The notes under the pieces were generated by a model. That model worked only from the letters and a program-made list of their open reading frames with translations. It searched no databases and was not told the DNA's origin. From an uncultured Methanosarcinales archaeon (GTDB taxonomy: Archaea; Nanobdellota; Nanobdellia; Woesearchaeales; CAZYIM01): DNA of 64,000 bases. The stretch spans positions 16,235-80,234 of the forward strand of contig CAZYIM010000002.1 of the NCBI GenBank assembly GCA_964647565.1, read 5' to 3'. Positions 1-9,755 of the stretch are shown here, one piece after another (positions within the stretch are counted from its first letter, which is position 1; each line of letters opens with the position of its first letter). The position numbers and the translations under genes are program-made.

Positions 1-371
1 AGGATGTTTTCACCTTCTCCAACTATTACCTGGTCAAAATTATTGACAACATCTGCAGGCACCATACTTGCATGTATGCCTCCAAGAATGGTGTGGCCTT
101 GAGGGTAATAGGATTTGTAGGTTCTTGCGATTTCTTTTCCCCTGTTAACATTAGTGGTCAAACAGGTCAGGCAAAGGATATCGCAGTCAAGCTCCTCAGG
201 TCTTACATCTCTTTTGAGAATATTTTCATTCAGGATTTGAACATCGAAACCCGCTTCCTTGGCGATGGTGCCAAGATATACTGGACCTAAAAGAGGGATA
301 GTCATGAATTTATCAAAGACATTTGAACGTGCACCTCTTGGTTCAACAAATATTACCCTCTTTTTGTTCAT
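1..371 (-). CDS. B12-binding domain radical SAM protein, N-terminal part (runs off the window edge)
   Basis: Not in the ORF track. Manual translation gives MNKKRVIFVEPRG...PLLGPVYLGTIAKEAGFDV...ILGGIHASMVP...DQVIVGEGE, with motifs typical of cobalamin-binding radical SAM N-termini. ATG overlaps the upstream TGA (ATGA). Confidence 0.8.
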   Translation of the reverse strand, partial: MNKKRVIFVEPRGARSNVFDKFMTIPLLGPVYLGTIAKEAGFDVQILNENILKRDVRPEELDCDILCLTCLTTNVNRGKEIARTYKSYYPQGHTILGGIHASMVPADVVNNFDQVIVGEGENI

Positions 372-850
372 TTTATTCTCTTATTGAAATAATCTATGAT
401 ATATAAACTTATTCCAAAAAATACCAGAGAAAGAGGCCAAGTTCTGGCTGACACCGCAAAGATTAGATAAAATGTAAGAAAGAGCATCACAAAGGCAACA
501 GCCATAATTGTGAAAACCTTTAATCTTATGAAAAAGGTGGTGGTGCTGAATGCCAGGCCGATTATCAAAAGGAAGAACGGCCATTGTGTTGCCAGGTTAG
601 TCCAGGAAGTGTAGTTAAGATAAAAAAAGAAAACACTTAGGAATGAGATAAAGCTTCCGATCCATATCAGGCCTGCTTCTTTTTTCTTAGAATGATGGAA
701 CAAGAGAATGAATCCTGCCCCTACTATCAACGGAAAGATAGGCCAGAGCCTGCTTAGACCCTCAAGTATGTCAAAATTCTCCAGAGTTACTATTATTCCT
801 GCAAGTATGAAGAAGATTGAAAGGAATACAAGACTTGCGTTTTTTCTCAT
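368..850 (-). CDS. Multi-pass membrane protein (LiaF/DUF5668-like repeats)
   Basis: About 6 hydrophobic segments with repeated 'WP' motifs (LWPIFPL, QWPFFLL, TWPLSL). Confidence 0.6.
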   Translation of the reverse strand: MRKNASLVFLSIFFILAGIIVTLENFDILEGLSRLWPIFPLIVGAGFILLFHHSKKKEAGLIWIGSFISFLSVFFFYLNYTSWTNLATQWPFFLLIIGLAFSTTTFFIRLKVFTIMAVAFVMLFLTFYLIFAVSARTWPLSLVFFGISLYIIDYFNKRIK

Positions 851-887
851 TGTTTTAAGATGCGTGGATTTGTTTATTTAAATCTTC

Positions 888-1745
888 TTAATTGTCTGGT
901 TTGCAGAGGCTCAGCACTACTTGATGCACTGCCTTGTATCTTTGGCTGAGATCTTTTTTTGAGTTTTCAGAGATCTTTGTATTGCCTATGCTTTTGAATA
1001 TGCTCTCTGTAAGCACCAGGCATTTATTCATTGTCTTGATGGTTGATCTATCTTTCCATTTCATCTGGTTCTGCTCGAGTATCTTTATCAGCTCTACAAA
1101 CCTTTCCAGAGATTGCAGTATGCTGTTGAGCAGCAGTTCCGTATTTGTGGTATCTATTGTTTTGGAATACCCTGACCTGCCTCTCTTGAGGACGAGGTCT
1201 CTTATCTCCTTTAAGGTTTCCTCAAATGAATCTGCATAGAGTTCTATGTCCCTGATCTTGGTTCGTCTCATGGTGCCTTCTTCTACACCAAATATCAGGT
1301 TGCTTATGTTCTGCCTGAACAGCAGAAGGGATGATCTTAGCCTGTTGACTTTCTCGTTGAATGATATCTCATACAGCTCGCTGAGTATGGCGTGCTGCCT
1401 GATGGATACTAGTTTTGAGGTCACTACTGCCAGCAATATCAGCCCTAGTATGACTTCGATGATTGCTATGAACCTATAGAATCCGAATGGGATGATATCC
1501 CCAAAACCAGTTGTTGTGGCTGTGACAAAGCTGAAGTAGATGGTGTTTAAGATGCCGGGTCTTGTGTTTTGATCTGCTGTAGTCAGTAGATATGTGTTTG
1601 GGCTGTCTAAGGAATGATAGAGGATTCCGAAGATTATGATTATGGATATCCATATCAAGAAGATCAATGGGAAGCTTAATCTGTCCAGCCAGTCAGATAC
1701 TTTTGTTGATCGCATGGACTTTATCAGGCCGGACTTTTTTTGCAT
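888..1745 (-). CDS. Two-TM potassium channel (Ion_trans_2) with helical C-terminal domain
   Basis: YFSFVTATTTGFGD selectivity filter flanked by two TM helices. Confidence 0.9.
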   Translation of the reverse strand: MQKKSGLIKSMRSTKVSDWLDRLSFPLIFLIWISIIIIFGILYHSLDSPNTYLLTTADQNTRPGILNTIYFSFVTATTTGFGDIIPFGFYRFIAIIEVILGLILLAVVTSKLVSIRQHAILSELYEISFNEKVNRLRSSLLLFRQNISNLIFGVEEGTMRRTKIRDIELYADSFEETLKEIRDLVLKRGRSGYSKTIDTTNTELLLNSILQSLERFVELIKILEQNQMKWKDRSTIKTMNKCLVLTESIFKSIGNTKISENSKKDLSQRYKAVHQVVLSLCKPDN

Positions 1746-1861
1746 GGTTTTTTGCTTGTTTTTGGTTTTTAAATATCTTTTGAAAATAGTGCGGAATAGC
1801 TTATTTTGAATAACGTACTAAAACAAACTTTATATATGGTAACCACTTGCCAATAACAACT

Positions 1862-4800
1862 ATGATTGGTGAACAAGAATCTCTGCTGGAACAAGTCATC
1901 CTTGAGAACAGGAGGATCTTCAAGTCTATCAAGAAAAAGATAGATTGGCGACAATCGGTTTTAGGAGATGCGCCTACTCAAAGGGACATCAAGGAGTACA
2001 GGAAAAGAAGACGGAATCAAAAAGACGGGACTCCTTATAGTATAATCAATCCTAAATTCTATGATCAGATTGTTGAGATCTTGAAAAAAAAATATGCTGA
2101 ACCTGAAGCTCTTGATAAACATTTAAAGAATATATTGACAACATTCCCGATCTGGCAGAGGAACAGCAAGGGATTTGGTTTCAGTGACTATAATGTGGTT
2201 GATTTTGTTCGGAAATATTCAATTGTAGATGCTTTGGACAGGAGTGAGCTTCTTAAGCTGACCAACCTTGTTACAGCTAGGATAAAAGCTGATGATTCTT
2301 ATATGGGCTCAGACATAATCCGCAAAACCCTTCCCTCATTCATGAAGATAAAAATAGAGGGCACTCATTATGAGACCATACTCAAACTTGCTGGGCGGGC
2401 AACAGGCAAGCATAGCGGGCTGATAGTTGAGCATTTTGACAAGGTCAAGTCTGAGTTTGAACAAAGGAAACTAACTAGAAGAATGCCTAAACTCTTGGAG
2501 TTGCATAGTTTCCTCGAAGAAAATAATACTCATCTGATCAGTATCAGCCACGGATCATTAAGTCACCATCTTGATACCTTTGTCAAGCTTGATAAACATG
2601 ACAAGTTCTTTGACAAGACAATCGACCTTATAATACGTACAAAAACCACCAACCATTACTTTGGATATGATTCTATTGTCGAGTCTGTTGTTGGTTATAG
2701 GAAACGATTGATAAATCCTGAAAAAAGGGGCTGGTTTGACACTGCGATCAAGCTTGCAGACGCAGGTGTTGACCATGTTGATTATCTGAAGCATATCAGG
2801 AAGGTCAGAAGAAAATTTCCAAAGCTTGAGAAGATGTATTCTAAGTTCGCACTCTCTCTTGGAGAACACAGCAAAGACGCTGCAAGAAACCATCTCAATA
2901 ATCCTGCAGCATTAAGATTGATTGGCGGTGAACATGGCTATAGGTTCATAAGGACCGGACTTGGACTTGTCAAGGATTATGGGGACAGGGCTGCCGGTTA
3001 TTTCAATGAGGCAGAGCATATTCTCAAAGAGATGCCTGAACAATTTGATGATTGGATCACGACGGGCAGAGATTTTAGTGGAAAAGATGGACAGGACATG
3101 TTCTACTATATCAGCCATTCGCCCTTTGCAATGAAGAATGGTTTTCTGAATGATTATATCGGATGCTATAAAGATTTAAAGGAAAGACACAATAAATTTC
3201 TGCGTTCAGAAAAGAAGATAGTTAGAGATGAATGGTTTGCATCTGATGATTATAATTTTTATATTGAGAATGGGGATGATCCAAAAGATATTAAGAAGTG
3301 GGGGGATAGCTGGATCGAGAGTACGCTTAAAGAAAGGATACGCCATCATGGTTTTAGCAGCCTGATGCACCATTTTACCTCGTTTATAACTGCGCATGAG
3401 CATGGTATTCCTGTAGATTTCTGGTCTGAATTGTCCTGGAGCCTTTTCAACAAGAAAAAAGATACTTATGGTGATAATGTCCATAAGTTTTTCAATATGG
3501 TTAAGCAGGGATTTGAATACAAGAAACTAACTGAGGTATTTTTTGATTTGGTGGATTTCAATCTCTTTAACCATTACATGGACGATGATGTCGAAGAAAA
3601 AGCCAGGATGATGACAGTCATCAATTCAGATATCCATCTGACTCTGAAATCAGAGAAACTCTATAACTTTTCAATATTAAAAAAAGTTGAAGGGGTTCCT
3701 GGTCCTACACTTGATGACAGCTGGCTGGACGGAATTGAACAGCATGTGAATTCAGCATTCAGGAGTATATGGAAAACCAGCCCTAAAGGACTGACTCTTA
3801 ATGAGAAGATGAAAATGCTGATGCTTGATGGCCATGATGATGATTTCAGGATCCAGTACCTGCTAAAGTTAAGGAAGAAAAATAAGATGCCAGAGAAGGA
3901 CTTTGAACTTGGCAAGGAATACGGGCAGGTTCTTCTTTCAGGATTAAAAGCCTATGAGAATCCTACACAGATGGCTTTGTATCTTATCCAGGGACTTGTG
4001 GGTCGTGATGAAAAGGATAGGAAAAATGCAGAATCATATTTTGAGCCTAAATTTCTGGAAACTGCCAGGGGATATGTCGAGCTGCCTTTCTTATTCCCTA
4101 AAATAAGAGACTATATGTCATCATTGCGATCAGGCGATGAGCATGCTGCCAAAAAAGTGCTTCATGTACTAAAGGAAACATATCATTCCAAACATCACCT
4201 GCTTCGTCTTGTTTCAGGAATCGAGGGTATGTTCAGTCAGACTTTTGTCTACGATGCATTGTCAATCAGGATGCAGAATCATGATCTTTCAGATATGTTT
4301 GACAATCGTAGGATTAAGAGTTGCGTCTTCTATCCGCGAGGTGAGTGCCATGAAAAGGCCCCTACTCACGCGCTTGACAGGGACTATGGGATTCTCCAGA
4401 TCAAGCCAGTATATCAGGCGAACTTTCTTGATCCTATAGGTGCTGCACTTGCTCTTAACTGTGCTGATCAAAAAACCAAGGAGAAAGTACTTTTTGTGAG
4501 TAGTGTAGAAGGGGGTACTGCGCTGCGAAGAATTAAAAAGAAGCACTGGATTCCGATGGTACATACAGGCTTATTATCTGCTGCTGCTGACAACCATGCA
4601 GCAAAACTTGCATATCATTTAGATCCTGGCAATATGACTGCAAAATATTTTATCAACAACCTGGGCAAGATAGGGGGTGTAAGGACAAAGCTGGATCTGA
4701 TGAAATGTCATGGCGATGATTGCCTGATGGGGCATAAGAAGATAATCTCCTCTATGAGGGGTGCAAAAGACGACAATAGTGTTAGAAGACTTGATGATGG

Positions 4801-4894
4801 TGTCTATATCAAGGCCTTTAGTCATGCTCAGTATGGTGGTAAGTATGATCCTGGGGGCACAGCTAACGCTATTGTATTTGATATAAAAAAATAG
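1862..4894 (+). CDS. Large hypothetical protein (~1010 aa)
   Basis: Long ORF; ATG at 1862 follows a TATA-like TTTATATA. No family recognised. Confidence 0.75.
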   Translation: MIGEQESLLEQVILENRRIFKSIKKKIDWRQSVLGDAPTQRDIKEYRKRRRNQKDGTPYSIINPKFYDQIVEILKKKYAEPEALDKHLKNILTTFPIWQRNSKGFGFSDYNVVDFVRKYSIVDALDRSELLKLTNLVTARIKADDSYMGSDIIRKTLPSFMKIKIEGTHYETILKLAGRATGKHSGLIVEHFDKVKSEFEQRKLTRRMPKLLELHSFLEENNTHLISISHGSLSHHLDTFVKLDKHDKFFDKTIDLIIRTKTTNHYFGYDSIVESVVGYRKRLINPEKRGWFDTAIKLADAGVDHVDYLKHIRKVRRKFPKLEKMYSKFALSLGEHSKDAARNHLNNPAALRLIGGEHGYRFIRTGLGLVKDYGDRAAGYFNEAEHILKEMPEQFDDWITTGRDFSGKDGQDMFYYISHSPFAMKNGFLNDYIGCYKDLKERHNKFLRSEKKIVRDEWFASDDYNFYIENGDDPKDIKKWGDSWIESTLKERIRHHGFSSLMHHFTSFITAHEHGIPVDFWSELSWSLFNKKKDTYGDNVHKFFNMVKQGFEYKKLTEVFFDLVDFNLFNHYMDDDVEEKARMMTVINSDIHLTLKSEKLYNFSILKKVEGVPGPTLDDSWLDGIEQHVNSAFRSIWKTSPKGLTLNEKMKMLMLDGHDDDFRIQYLLKLRKKNKMPEKDFELGKEYGQVLLSGLKAYENPTQMALYLIQGLVGRDEKDRKNAESYFEPKFLETARGYVELPFLFPKIRDYMSSLRSGDEHAAKKVLHVLKETYHSKHHLLRLVSGIEGMFSQTFVYDALSIRMQNHDLSDMFDNRRIKSCVFYPRGECHEKAPTHALDRDYGILQIKPVYQANFLDPIGAALALNCADQKTKEKVLFVSSVEGGTALRRIKKKHWIPMVHTGLLSAAADNHAAKLAYHLDPGNMTAKYFINNLGKIGGVRTKLDLMKCHGDDCLMGHKKIISSMRGAKDDNSVRRLDDGVYIKAFSHAQYGGKYDPGGTANAIVFDIKK

Positions 4895-4905
4895 AATAAC
4901 TTTTT

Positions 4906-4993
4906 TTGCCGCGCTCCGTCCACATAGTTATTCACTTCTGTCGCCGATTTATTTGACATCGAGTGATTATCCTTGGACTTCGCTTGGCGGCAA
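4906..4993. terminator. Long imperfect hairpin between convergent genes
   Basis: Nested arms ttgccgc/gcggcaa, gtcca/tggac, tcact/agtga, tgtc/gaca; preceded by a T-tract. Confidence 0.45.
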
Positions 4994-5009
4994 TGTAAAA
5001 GTAAACAAT

Positions 5010-5924
5010 CTAATAATAATCCTGCTGTCTTACCTTGCCTGCTGTAATATCCACGCCTTTCTTTATGCCGCCTAGTAATGTACGTGAGGCATATTCTTTT
5101 ACAGGTCTTAGATTGACCTGGTCCAGGCTCTGGATAAGGCAGTAATGGTCTGCATTTGGTAATGGAAGGTCGTGCTGGTCATTCAGGACTCTCAACAACA
5201 TCTCAGCTGGCTTGACTCCCTGATAGTCCATCAGGTCCTTGAATTTGATCATTACACCTTCTGGCATCTTTTTGACATCAGTAATAAACATGTTGTATCT
5301 TTTGTCTCCCTTGTTATATACTATGTCTGCTACCCTGTCTCCCTGCTTTAGAATATCTAAAGGTGCTGCCTCTGGATTTGAGACAATAGCCTTGTAGAGC
5401 TTGTCAACATTGGCTTCGTGATCTTCAGAGACCTCTAGTCTTAGCTTCCTTTGCATTGGTATCTTGTACACTCTTACATTTTCTTGGCTTTCGTTCTCTC
5501 CAAGAAAATCCTTGACTTCATTTGTCAAAAGACCGAATAGATTTTTAGCAATCTTGACGCCAGTCTCCGCAATCTCGCGGACTTCATGCTTCAGCTTTGG
5601 CTTGTGGACTGTTATGCTGGACAGGTTTGGGTTGAAAATCTTTACTGGAGTCTCCTTTAGGCCCCTGTGATGGTATCCCTCGATGACAATGCCCTGTACT
5701 TCGCCTTCGACTGCGTAATCTGAGAGCTTCCTGGTGTCATCATCGCCAGAATAATGAGTAGATCCTAAGCTGGCTTTCACCACTTTAAGACCTTTGATAT
5801 TGGGCTTGGCGAAAGGATTCTGCCTGTTGTTGACATCTACCAGAAGATCTCTTTCTGTATTGTTTAGTATGTTTAAGAAATAATCTATTGTTTCTTTGCT
5901 TAATCTTTGTAACATGGGTATCAC
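5010..5924 (-). CDS. Hypothetical protein
   Basis: 304-aa ORF; no recognised motif. Confidence 0.7.
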   Translation of the reverse strand: MIPMLQRLSKETIDYFLNILNNTERDLLVDVNNRQNPFAKPNIKGLKVVKASLGSTHYSGDDDTRKLSDYAVEGEVQGIVIEGYHHRGLKETPVKIFNPNLSSITVHKPKLKHEVREIAETGVKIAKNLFGLLTNEVKDFLGENESQENVRVYKIPMQRKLRLEVSEDHEANVDKLYKAIVSNPEAAPLDILKQGDRVADIVYNKGDKRYNMFITDVKKMPEGVMIKFKDLMDYQGVKPAEMLLRVLNDQHDLPLPNADHYCLIQSLDQVNLRPVKEYASRTLLGGIKKGVDITAGKVRQQDYY

Positions 5925-6079
5925 CTGAACTGGTTTTAATTAGGGGAATGTAAATTAGTTTTTAATTCTTTCGATGGATTGCTACTCTTGAGTGATTATG
6001 AATTAGAACGCTGTTAAAATGTCCAAATAAAACTAATTAGGAAATTTAGAGCTGAATATTAAAAAAATAAAAAAAAGAA

Positions 6080-6724
6080 TTATTCCTGTATCACCTTGAT
6101 TGTTGGCCTCATTATATAGTTTTCTCCTGCCTTATGGACAGATTTTTCTGCATCGAAGTCAAGGGTTAGAGTAGTTGTCTGATTTGCAACTATATCGAAG
6201 TTCTTGACTAACTTTATCTTTTCACTAGGTATAGTCAATGAAGCCTCTTCACCGCTCAGGAAAAGCTTGGCAGAGTCAACACTTAGGCGTATTTGGGTGT
6301 ATTTGCCTGCCTCAAACTCCTTAGATCCTAAGAACTCTTTAACATCCTTGATCTGGATAAGATCATAAGTGACAGGACCCTCAACCACTGTACTCCAACC
6401 TGCCTCATCAGTCACATTTTCGCATGTCTCGACCAATTGGCTTACATTTTCACAGATAGTAGTATCATTATTGCATATCTCTTCAATAACTGTTTCGTTG
6501 GTACATACTAATTCTAAGTTGCCGCCAGCTGTATGAACCTGTATATTTGAAATGATCACTTCAAGTGCTGTTATGTTCAGGGTTTCAGGTTTTGCATCTG
6601 TTATCTGCAAGTTCAAAGTACCTGTACTATCTATGGTTTCAGGGGTTGGCGTATTACAACCGTTCACCAGAAATAATGTTATAACCAAAATGGATATAAT
6701 AAAAACAGTTCTCATAAATATCAC
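6080..6724 (-). CDS. DUF4382-family lipoprotein
   Basis: Lipobox-like LVNGC, GTLNLQITDA, GKYTQIRL, TLDFDAEKSV, YIMRPTIK. Confidence 0.8.
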   Translation of the reverse strand: MIFMRTVFIISILVITLFLVNGCNTPTPETIDSTGTLNLQITDAKPETLNITALEVIISNIQVHTAGGNLELVCTNETVIEEICNNDTTICENVSQLVETCENVTDEAGWSTVVEGPVTYDLIQIKDVKEFLGSKEFEAGKYTQIRLSVDSAKLFLSGEEASLTIPSEKIKLVKNFDIVANQTTTLTLDFDAEKSVHKAGENYIMRPTIKVIQE

Positions 6725-6815
6725 CCTCTTTTATTTTTATGAATCTTAAAGTTCTTATAGTTTATAAAATTTTATTTTTTATTAACCTTCTAGGTAAAAA
6801 ATAGATAGAAAAAAG

Positions 6816-6974
6816 CGCCAAGGCCCAGACTTTCAGGTTGGTGCCCGCAATTGGTCACCGACTGTTTGAACTGGGAATTCCATACGGAACAAGCTATCCT
6901 GCAAATGGATTCCAGGCTTGCGCAATATCCCGCCAGATAATTTCTCATCCAGTACCGGGTTATGCGACCTTGGC
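6816..6974 (-). tRNA. tRNA-Ser(GGA) with three introns (20/21, 37/38, 59/60); CCA not encoded
   Basis: Removing 6927-6953, 6896-6909 and 6830-6864 gives GCCAAGGTCGCATAACCCGGTATTGCGCAAGCCTGGAAAGCTTGTTCCGTATGGAATTCCCAGTTCAAATCTGGGCCTTGGCG. This has a 7-bp acceptor, CAAGC/GCTTG anticodon stem, long variable arm, CCCAG/CTGGG T-stem and G discriminator. Confidence 0.9.
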
Positions 6975-7031
6975 GTGAACGTGAGTGAATGCCATTGGCG
7001 CGACCAGCAAACTTTTTTTTTGTTTGCTCTG

Positions 7032-7049
7032 TATGCGACCTTGGCGTGA
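7032..7049 (-). repeat. 18-bp duplicate of the tRNA-Ser 5' end plus leader
   Basis: tatgcgaccttggcgtga occurs at both 6961-6978 and 7032-7049. Confidence 0.9.
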
Positions 7050-7083
7050 GCGTTAAGAATGAATTTCAGTTCCTTTATAAAAA

Positions 7084-7503
7084 TTATTGTTTAGAAAGCG
7101 CGTCCATTGCATCTGTTACTCTTTGTTGCATCCAATCTGGGTAGTCTCCTTCTAATATCTCTTCTGGCGTAACCCAGGTGTGGTGCGTGTGCTCGTCGCT
7201 TAGTTTGACATCACCACTTTTGTATTTGCAATAGAATGTGGTTCCGACTATCTGTGTATTCTCGTCAAACATAAAACTCCATGAACTGGTGGGCTTTACT
7301 ATCTCTACTTCAAGACCGGTTTCCTCTTCTATCTCCCTCTTCAAGCCTTGTTTTGGGCTTTCTCCAAATTCCAGCTTGCCTCCAGGAAAGTCCAGCTCGT
7401 TAGGATTAAACTTTTCTTTTTCGCTTCGGGATATTAGAAGGATTTTTCCCTCTTTTTGTATGATTCCTTTTGCTGCAACTCGTGTCTTTTGTTCCATGAC
7501 CAA
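7084..7503 (-). CDS. Nudix hydrolase
   Basis: Nudix box GGKLEFGESPKQGLKREIEEETGL. Confidence 0.92.
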   Translation of the reverse strand: MVMEQKTRVAAKGIIQKEGKILLISRSEKEKFNPNELDFPGGKLEFGESPKQGLKREIEEETGLEVEIVKPTSSWSFMFDENTQIVGTTFYCKYKSGDVKLSDEHTHHTWVTPEEILEGDYPDWMQQRVTDAMDALSKQ

Positions 7504-7602
7504 AAGTTGTCCAGTTTTCGTTTATAAGTGTTGCTCTTTGTAACCGAAATCTATATATAGTTAGGAAATCAATATTAGTGTTTAATCTAGGAGGGTGGCA
7601 CT

Positions 7603-8388
7603 ATGGATATGAAAAAACTGTCGATAGGAATATTGTTAGCATTGGGCGTAACGTTTGGATCAACAAAAGCTTTGGCGCAGAAGAAGGTATATCCTCGTAC
7701 AACTTTTCAGGCAGAGCAGGTTGTGGCATATCTGGAATCTGATGCGGATACACTGAGTCATGCCGAGCATGTTATGCTTGGAGACTCAATTAAACCAAAA
7801 AAAGATTATCCTAAGGTTATCCTGCTTGGGGAGACTGATAAGGGATACCTGAAAGCAGAATTCTCAATGGGCAGTTCTCTTAATACACTTTATACTGAGG
7901 AACTTCCAGAAAAATGGGAAGATAGATATGGATATGCAATCATAGATGGAAAAAAAAGAATAATAGAATACCTTCATCCAAAGCCAGTGCTACAACATCT
8001 GACTAAAACATGCAATAATCTCAATTTACATCTTTATGCTGAGACTGGTGAAGAAGTGTTCTGGCTTATGGATAAAGGTCCTGTCCTTCCGACAGCTGCG
8101 CCAGGTCACGGGCCTTTTGAATATGGAACGATTGACGAGGCAATAAATCGTAATTACCCTCGGGGCTGGGATATAGAAAATGTTAAGCCAATGACGCCTC
8201 TTTATGATAAGTTACTTGCTATAGTGTCTGGTCATCTGGCTGATACAAAAAGTTATCCGATACCCCAGATTCCTCTAAAGAAGGAAAAGATTTCTGACTC
8301 TCCTGACAAGGAACTTATTGAGAAGTTCTACAATGTTGATTGGAAGGTTTATCAGAAAGTAAATGTAATAGATCTTGGTAAACCCTGA
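7603..8388 (+). CDS. Hypothetical secreted protein
   Basis: MKK + hydrophobic stretch + ALA-Q cleavage site; GGAGGG SD-like motif upstream. Confidence 0.7.
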   Translation: MDMKKLSIGILLALGVTFGSTKALAQKKVYPRTTFQAEQVVAYLESDADTLSHAEHVMLGDSIKPKKDYPKVILLGETDKGYLKAEFSMGSSLNTLYTEELPEKWEDRYGYAIIDGKKRIIEYLHPKPVLQHLTKTCNNLNLHLYAETGEEVFWLMDKGPVLPTAAPGHGPFEYGTIDEAINRNYPRGWDIENVKPMTPLYDKLLAIVSGHLADTKSYPIPQIPLKKEKISDSPDKELIEKFYNVDWKVYQKVNVIDLGKP

Positions 8389-8536
8389 TCAGAATGAAAC
8401 ATAACCCTGTCGCTGTGTTCCTTATTTATACTTATTTAAGATACCTAAACTTACTGATTTCAAAAGAATTCAGACGTTTTGAAATAGTGAACCTATTTCA
8501 ATAACTTTTTAAATAAATCCTTTTTCTCAAGGCATC

Positions 8537-8791
8537 ATGGAAGGAACTATAGCTAATTTCGTACAGGGAAGACATCATACCAAAGGCAACCATATGATTA
8601 TTGTTGTCAATGGAGTGGATTCTAGAGACAAGGCTAAAGGATTAGTCGGTAAGAAAGTAGTTTTCAATACAGGAAAAAAGGATATTTCTGGTAAAGTGGC
8701 ATCTGCCCATGGCAACTCTGGTGCTATAAGGGTCATCTTTGAGACAGGTATGCCAGGCCAGAGCCTAGCTCAGAAAGTAAAAATAGAATAA
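8537..8791 (+). CDS. rpl35ae: 50S ribosomal protein L35Ae
   Basis: GKVASAHGNSGAIRVIFETGMPGQ matches the L35Ae signature. Confidence 0.92.
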   Translation: MEGTIANFVQGRHHTKGNHMIIVVNGVDSRDKAKGLVGKKVVFNTGKKDISGKVASAHGNSGAIRVIFETGMPGQSLAQKVKIE

Positions 8792-8802
8792 AAATTCTTT
8801 TT

Positions 8803-9021
8803 CTAGAATTGTCGTATCATAAGAGCATCTATAATTAGAAAGATACCACCAATAGCGAGCAAGACATGTAATATCAAAGCAGGGATGGCGGGAAGAGTTA
8901 TCTGAACTAAGCCCAACTGTACAACTGCCAAGAATATCATGATAAGTCCAAGTAATATGCTGATTGCCTTAATGCCGTTTTTGCCACCGCCCATACCTTG
9001 TGCCAATTTATTATTAAACAT
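8803..9021 (-). CDS. Small two-TM membrane protein
   Basis: Two hydrophobic helices; AGGTGA SD upstream. Confidence 0.65.
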   Translation of the reverse strand: MFNNKLAQGMGGGKNGIKAISILLGLIMIFLAVVQLGLVQITLPAIPALILHVLLAIGGIFLIIDALMIRQF

Positions 9022-9336
9022 GATTTCACCTACTTTACACTTACTCTGATAAACACACTATTTAAATGTTTCTCTTTTATATGTCAGAGATAAATCACAG
9101 TTTAGATTGTGGACGAAGTCCCTTTCAAATTATTGAATATTCTTTATCTCTGATCATGATCAAGAACCATCTAGTTAAATTGTCAAGAAGATTGTTTCAT
9201 TAATGCCACTTGTTAGTAATTAGTGGTTCTTGACAAAAGAACAATAATTTTATAAAGGAAATAATAATTCCTAAGCAGGAAGGAGAAACAAAGACGCAGA
9301 AAGGGGTGCCTGATTTCTCTATTATATATAGCAAAA

Positions 9337-9696
9337 ATGACTAAATTAAAACCCTTATTACCTACATTAAAAGAGAAGAAAAGATATCTTGTTTTTGAGA
9401 TTATCAGTCAAAAACCATTAGTTAGAGATATATCCAAAGAGTTAGTTACAAAAGTTCAACGTATTTTGGGAGTATTCGATGCTGCGAAAGCAGGACTCAT
9501 GAGTATAAGGTATAATGTGAATACGCAGAGGGGTGTGATGAAGGTGAGTAACAAATATGTTGAGAAGTTGAAGGTGAGTTTAATGCTGACCAACATGCTG
9601 GAAAACCAGGATGTGTTGGTACAATCTCTTGGGGTGTCAGGTGTTCTGAAAAAAACTGAGAAGTTTCTGAAGATTCCTAACAAACTAGCAGGATAA
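9337..9696 (+). CDS. rnp2: Ribonuclease P protein component 2 (Pop5/Rpp14)
   Basis: LPTLKEKKRYLVFEI...GVSGVLKK; conserved position upstream of psmA. Confidence 0.9.
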   Translation: MTKLKPLLPTLKEKKRYLVFEIISQKPLVRDISKELVTKVQRILGVFDAAKAGLMSIRYNVNTQRGVMKVSNKYVEKLKVSLMLTNMLENQDVLVQSLGVSGVLKKTEKFLKIPNKLAG

Positions 9697-9755
9697 AGAT
9701 AAAAAAAAGGAAATAATTTAAAAGATAATATATCGAGGTATTGAGGTTAAAAAAA

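Noticed and set aside
72..290. 72-aa plus-strand ORF and the many other short antisense ORFs in the track
   Set aside because: They overlap well-supported genes on the opposite strand or in another frame and carry no recognisable motifs.
6816..7100. Integrated virus or plasmid at tRNA-Ser
   Set aside because: No integrase or viral genes and no distant att repeat seen in the window; only a local 18-bp duplication.
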